In this document: piece by piece, positions 53,271-60,000 of the stretch | Position numbering within the stretch: position 1 is the stretch's first letter | Layout: each line of letters begins with the position of its first letter | Assembly: GCA_051294905.1 (NCBI GenBank) | Contig: CM119371.1 | Coordinates: forward strand, 27,654,001 to 27,714,000 | DNA: 60,000 nt | Direction of reading: 5' to 3' | From: Botryllus schlosseri | Taxonomy: Eukaryota | Made by a program: the position numbers and the translations under genes | The notes under the pieces: generated by a model | Database searches by the model: none | Told to the model about the DNA's origin: nothing | Seen by the model: only the letters and a program-made list of their open reading frames with translations

Positions 53271-54149
53271 CAGTTTGACCGACCGCAACTTGTCGTTCAG
53301 CATCTTCCTATCTGTTCATCACATCGCATTGTGACTTATCGCATAGTAGTGCGTGTATTGTTCGGATGAAAATAATATCTGCATTATTACATATTTCGCG
53401 CACAGATTTTTTCGAATGTTAATTAGCCACGAGAACTCAGGGATATGTAGAACTGATGCTCCACTGTATAATCGTGTGTTCCCATAACGCCCCCATAACG
53501 CTCACATGTGCCCAGCGCTCCCTGAGCGTTCCTGCCCCCTTCAAAATCCGAATCGACCCCTGGTGGCGCTTTGTTGCGACCACAAAGAAACGATGTCAGT
53601 TACAGATAACGTGAAACACAATTTGGTATTCTCAAGCATACGTCATTGCGCTGTATGAGTGACAACTGACAATGTTGTGGATTTATCACGACTCTACAGT
53701 AATGTCTATCCTCTCACGGGCGTAGCTTTTAGCGCATGTTTGATATGCTTCGATACGACTGATTGAAGTCCTAACTGCTTCCACAGTGGAATATAGTATC
53801 GAAGCAATAATTCTCGTTGATAAATCAACTCTTCATTGGCAAGGAGCGTATTATTTCAGTATTCGAAAAAACCATCTCTTGCTAGTCGACACTAATCATT
53901 AGGATTGATATACAATTTGGATTTGATCACTCGAATCACTGCGTCAAATGTCCATCCCCAGTTACAAGAAGACTATCTGCGTCATAACATTGAATTTCCG
54001 ACATATTTCCATTTTTCGAAGTGTTGGGCTGGTTCTCGTAAGGTTCCTTGGTGGAAATATGGTGATTATACCGTAAAACATGTATCCTGGTCACAATTCA
54101 CGACGAGAGCCTCCGATATTAGAAATTCACCAAATTATGAGAGCTGGTG

Positions 54150-55100
54150 GAAGTAATTGGTTGGTGTATATATGCCTATGAATTTTCATGTTCCCTTTTA
54201 TAGGTGTATAGTGCAAATACATTACAATTTTCAGTTATTTTGAAAATACCTTCGTTGTTAGCCTCTAGGAATTACCGGCAACTACTAAATGTTTCGATAT
54301 CAGTTCTTGTGCGGTTTTCTGTAACTGCTTGATGCCATTTCTAACCTCGGGCTATGAAGGAAGTGGTGTTTTGCCGAGTTGCCGACTAGTCAGCATGTGC
54401 AATATATTCTCTGAATTATTCAAGTAGTCAGACGATGCTGAAAATGTTGGTATCGCTTTCTAGAACAGATACTCTGTAGATCTATATGTATAACGGACTT
54501 TAACGTAGATGCGCAGTCGAATATCCATTGATTTTCGTCCGTGTTGAGGACATATGGCAAAGCATCATCATCTATGTTACCGCACGATGCGCAATAATTT
54601 TCCTTCTAACAACTTAGTGCAGGATATTCAAGTGCATACTTCGCATAGTGATGAAAGCAATGAAATATTGTGGTAAGTTGCGGGCAATTCAAAGTATAGT
54701 TCATTATTAAGGATAAAATTATCAGGCCTATACGCATCAGGGCTTCGTTAAGATACAGGAAAATGAGTATAGACAGTTTAAAAACCAAAACCGGAATCGA
54801 GGCTCGATATTTTAATGCTCAATTGATTGCTCAATGTTCATGCTGATGTCATTCAAAATTGAACAAAAGGCGCGTGAAATTGATGTTACATGACTAGAAA
54901 ATTCAATAGATGACTGTCGGATCATGTCGTTTGCTTAATGCTGGTATGCATTCACGATACAGTTTGCTATCTTCAGTGTTGATTCGCCGGATGAAACTAC
55001 CCGCGGCGCAAACATGGCAAATATGCATTGCGGTACATTGATACTCATTGATTTCGCAGTAGTATATCGGTGCTCGACTCTCGAGATTGCGCGATGGTGC
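54150..55100 (-). pseudogene. Eroded CR1-like LINE ORF2 3' end
   Basis: Minus-strand HYAKYALEYPA resembles the CR1 RP.LEY motif, followed by weak L..RR and WN.LP-like relics. Boundaries approximate. Confidence 0.3.
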
Positions 55101-55905
55101 TAATTTTGAAATTTGATTTAGATATATACAACCGCCAATTATGACGTCATAAAGTAGTGCGAATAAAAATATCAGCATCTCTAGATTCTAGAAGTCCTGT
55201 TAATTCAGAAATGTTTGAGTTCAGCTAGTAGTCTACGATGGTATTTTCGGATTATAGAGCTAGACTTGAAATTTGCGATATGAATACTTAGCTATTGTCG
55301 ACTTTTATTCAAGTTTCAATACTTACGTTGATCGATATCGAAACAATTGTGAAGCTAGTTATCGGATGATACCTCCTATGTATTGAAGGGTTGCAATATT
55401 GTCTAGTCATTATTTTCACTTGAATCTGGCGTTTATGAAGCACTCATATCCAAATTCTATGCTACGACATCGTGCCCATATCAAATGTGCGTTGACGCAA
55501 ATGTTGTTATATTTATTGAAATTGTGCTGATTATTGCTTGTACTTCCTTGTAGCTACGCTTTGGAATTTTAATATCTGAACGCAGTCCAATGCCCATGCA
55601 GAAGGTGAACATTCTGAGCAAACAAGCATCGTGAGCGGGCCTGCTGCTGGTGGCGACACATCTAACCATTACAAATTTAGTTAAGCAATCGGTTACGACA
55701 TACAAATAGTGATAGATATCCGACCTACGCTCATGGGAATCGAAACACAATGAGGCAATAATAAAGAATGCGTGTTATCTTGTAATAGACATGTTGAGCA
55801 GCAATAATCGGTGGATTTGTTCGACTCTGTGTAGCCTGCAGTGACGCGTATACGAAGCCACTGTGATGTAACACGCCGATAAAAGGGACACTGGACAGTC
55901 GTCAG

Positions 55906-58682
55906 ATGAAGAACGTGTTTCAGGGGTGTCTAATTTGCCTTACTTGCCTGACTCTGGTCCTGATTTTAATACAATACCGTGGCATGGTACTGCCTAAAAG
56001 GAAAGCTTCAGTATCATTCGACTCGCGATTGCACAAGCATAAAGCTGGAAAACGAAAATCAATCAAATCAAGCAGCCTGCGCAACGACACCGAGGCAGGT
56101 ATCCAGCAAGCTTGCAAAGCTGTAATCGATGGGGATAGAAAGGCGATCAAGACACTTCGACAGAGCAGCACTTTTCCTTGGAAAGACACGACTACTGACG
56201 AGCAAGTCTTGAACATAGCACGAAACTGCACAGCTCTAAAAATGAGGTATGTCATTCGCTTCTTTACGTTGATAGCGAGCAGTTGCCAGATAACCCGAAT
56301 TTTATCGTTCTGCCTACATAGATTTGATAGAGATGTGTTTGCTGATTTTATAACACCAACTCCCAGCAGGTAAGGCCGCAAGAGATGTGATTAAGAACTT
56401 ACGTAAACGCCTGACAGACTACATACTCGACTATTTACATTTTTGACTTAAATCCCACTTGAAATTTATCACTTTCGTGTGTGAATTTTTCAATACAACT
56501 TGGCGAAACAGACACTGCATTTCGTCAAAACTAAATATATTCCCGAAATTGCCGTAGATTTCGGTGGCCATTTTCGATTCGATGCTAAATGTATGCGACC
56601 AATCGACCAAATTTGGTATCTGTGCGGTTCTTTTAAGATCATCATTGTCTACTTCTATACTTGAAATATCTTGACAGGGCTTCTAAAATTTTAGATCTAT
56701 ACTTTTAATTGAGTAGCATCGCTGCCTACTTTGACCAGCTCTGATTGTAAATACGAGATGCCAATGCCAGGAAAACTTTGATATACAATAGAATAGTATA
56801 TGAAATTACCCCGAATATTTACGGCTAACACCCGTATAATATTAATTACCCGCAATTTCGGATTACTTTACCTTTAACAAGCTACACAAGATAAACTGAT
56901 TGTCACATGCACTATCTCTCACAGATATAGATTTCCGCCATCCGCCGCGGCAGACGCGACGCCAGAAGAGCGCGATTTTCCACTAGCGTACACGATATTG
57001 GCGAACCGAAACGTCAATCAAATACTGCTGCTTCTCGGCGCGGTTTACCGGGCGCACAACGTCCACTGCGTCCATTACGACGCGAAGTCCCCGTCCCCGT
57101 CCTTCTTGGCGTTAAAGCGAGCGGTTGGATGCTTGCCTAATGTGTTCCTGTCTTCTGCGAGGATTGTGGTGACTTACGCTCATGTCTCGAGGCTTGAGGC
57201 GGACATTATATGCATGAAGGACATGCTCCGGTTAGCGGAATCCACAGTGAAATGGAAATACTTGATCAACATGTGCTCGCAGGTATGAGGTCGAAAGTAT
57301 TCAAGAGACATAAGAATAGAGTGGGTCAGTATTGAAGTGTACATCTACTTTTTTGGAGTACGCATAGATTTTACGTGCTTGTTCAATGGCCATATGTTTC
57401 AGACTACTTCAATTTGTACCTAATATTCCTAATGTACCTAAGCGTCATATTTCTCTCTCTGACGCCATCCTGAGGGTCAGCCTTGAAAATTGAGAGAGAG
57501 AGAGAGAGTTTTGGGAAAAAGTTTGTTTATTTAAACTTATTAAAAAACCTTAGACATGTCATGGGGTGTCGATCAAGGGTGGAATCGGTAGAGGGCTATA
57601 CTCCGCCCACTTTTAAATTGAAATGACCCAGATTCAAGTCTGGGTGGGGTCACGGTGAGAATTTGAAAAGTGAAGGTCAATTCTGCAAAATATGGCCCCA
57701 CCTCGTAAGGGATAAGACACTATTACATTTTTACACATTTGATTGATAACATCAGAAATTAGTTTTAGGTAGAGTTAGCTTTTCTGAGAGAAATTGTCAT
57801 GACAACCGTGGAGAATAGACCCTGTATTTCTTTACCTGAATATATTTTGAGGATCAAGTCTATTTTTAGCGTCATTAGTTATTCTCTGTTAATCGCGAAG
57901 ATTAGTCCTTACATTTTGAAGCTGATCATCACCAGTTAACTATTAAAAGCATGCGACACGTTTACAGAATATAACTCTCTGAGACTATACTTGACTATTG
58001 TGGAAGCCTACATGTTCTGCTTGAAATACTTTGGACGTGTCTCAAAATCACCAACATCAGTTGGTTACGTTCGGAACTGCGGGGGGCATTTTCGCCACTA
58101 CCTCTACATGACTAAATTGGTGTCATTTCCAGAAACATATCCAGTTTTCGTCACAACTGGCAATATTTTACCTTTTAGTTGTTAATAAAATTTGACTCAT
58201 AACATTGTAAACTATTACCAAGAATACATTTTACTTTACGAAATATAAAGAGTGGGAAAAGTAAGTAGTCATGCCAAAAGATTTGTTAAGTTGATATGGA
58301 TATGGATATATAGTCTGAAAACAAAACCACTTGAATAAGTATTGTGCAAGTAGACAAGATCTACTTGAGTATACTCCGAAAGTGCAAAAGTACTTCTTTA
58401 CTGACGACCTCACAGTACACACAAAGCACGTGTCCTTGACAATTTCAGTTCACATACACTCTCGTATCCGCTTATAACTAGCACAAATTCCACGATCGTC
58501 GTACTTTAAATCTATTCGGTGTAGTAGTACTACGCTCAGAGGGTTTGACTTTTACAGGATTTCCCCGCAAAGACGAACTTACAAGTCGTGAGAAGTCTCC
58601 GGAAACTAAACGGAAGCAACAGTATACAGGGTGAACTGCAAATCGACTCCGCTACGCAGCGCAGGACGGCGTTCTTGCATAA
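55906..58682 (+). CDS. GCNT: GCNT-like GT14 glycosyltransferase, copy 3 (divergent; first three coding exons, remainder presumably beyond the window)
   Basis: Exons 55906-56246, 56925-57282 and 58558-58682 share intron phases and exon 2/3 lengths (358, 125 nt) with copies 1 and 2. TM LICLTCLTLVLILI. Motifs EERDFPLAYTI, CVHYDAK and WKYLINMCSQDFPAKTNLQVV. Confidence 0.9.
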
Positions 58683-60000
58683 GTAAGTTTTCGCTGTATT
58701 TCTACCTCCGGATTTATGTATGTCTTCATCTCGTGCGCTCACCTTTTTTGCCTTTGACACATCGTCATTGCTCAGAACTTAGTTGTGTCTGTTGCAGGTA
58801 ACGTGTTAGTTGTTAACCGTCACCGCAACATGCCTGATCACTCATTTGAACAGCTATATTTTCGTCAGTTGTCAATTTTACGTCGCCTTCGATCGAAACT
58901 GAGCTCTTGAGGAGCTATATATAGCAGTGAACTTCTTCTCCAGTTTGCCTTTAGTTGCGCTATCAGCCCAAGTGGTTGGGATTTTAGATTGTTCCCACTT
59001 TTTCCGGACCAGGTATATCTGGACAAGATTACATAGTTTTTACATTTTGGATTTTGAAGAGTAAAAATTAGTTTTGGAAAATGGTGGAACTAGTCTAAAA
59101 CAACCACTTGAATAGTTAGTAAGTACTTAGATACTAAGCACCTCTGGTACACGGAATAAAGTCGCAACCCTGACCTGATATGCCTGTCGTTTCAATGCGG
59201 GGAACTCGTGGCAAGATATTCGATACTTTGTCACTTGATCCGTTGCCCCATGGCTCACATTCATATCGTATCAAAACCACTCACACAAATAGTGGCGGTA
59301 GGCAAAACCTACTTGTGTACTCCATGAAAGTAGCATTACTTCGTCACCAATGATTGCAATGAATACACGGATAAAGCCGCCGTACACACTTGATATTCCT
59401 TTCGTTTGCTATCGCGGTTTTATGGTAGTTGCGTCACGTGACTAAACACAGTCGTGTTCGCGTAATTAGGACACTTTGGTGCCGCTCCCTTTTCGACAAA
59501 TTAAGCAGAGAATCAATTTCTTTCGTGGACGAACAGTGGACAATTGGACAATGACATTCTTCGAGGCAGACAGCGCATTAAAATATTGTGCTGTCTCGTA
59601 TTAAATAAATTGGAGCTTTGCTACACCGCAGTAATTGACTGTGATCGCATAAAGCTTACAGTGGCTAGGGTTAGTTGTATTGCACAGTATTTCGATATTA
59701 AACCATTCCAAGAAATACTGTATTCTTTGCTACTGTGTAACGCGCACACGTATAGGGTTGATATAGTCCGGTGTATCAAGGGCTGAAACGATGGTATGTG
59801 TGCCCGTCTGTCGGGTGTACGCTATTGTACTGAATTGAGAGCGACTTTGACGCTGAAACGGCCTTGCATGAGTTCATTATCGAATGTTACTGCATGGATC
59901 GTCATTGTCTCACCAAACACCAGTCGTCTTTTATTCAAACGAACAACGTATATTATGTCGTAACCAACGGCAAGAATTGCGAGCCCGTGTCCGAATAAAC

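Noticed and set aside
55920..56381. 153-aa antisense ORF
   Set aside because: Antisense shadow of GCNT copy 3 exon 1.

Overview
This is eukaryotic animal genomic DNA with spliceosomal GT-AG introns and dense hAT-type MITEs and tRNA-derived SINEs. The style suggests a marine invertebrate such as an ascidian, but that is inference. Four plus-strand host genes were reconstructed by hand with phase-consistent splice sites. One is a 7-exon, 424-aa type I membrane LRR protein (1351-5077). The other three form a tandem array of core-2/I-branching beta-1,6-N-acetylglucosaminyltransferases (GT14, GCNT-like): two recent paralogs of 485 and 484 aa from a ~10-kb segmental duplication, and an older paralog that runs off the right edge. 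The rest is transposon-derived. It includes a three-level nest with matching 8-bp TSDs at each level (hAT > THAP/P-like element > MITE), a 600-bp foldback element, an inverted pair of (GTCAA)n MITEs just upstream of GCNT copy 2, and eroded Gypsy and LINE remnants. I found no CRISPR array, rRNA, functional tRNA or prokaryotic-type system. The most interesting signals are active-site divergence among the GCNT paralogs, the unusual THAP element and the orphan LRR receptor. All are candidates, not a demonstrated new system.
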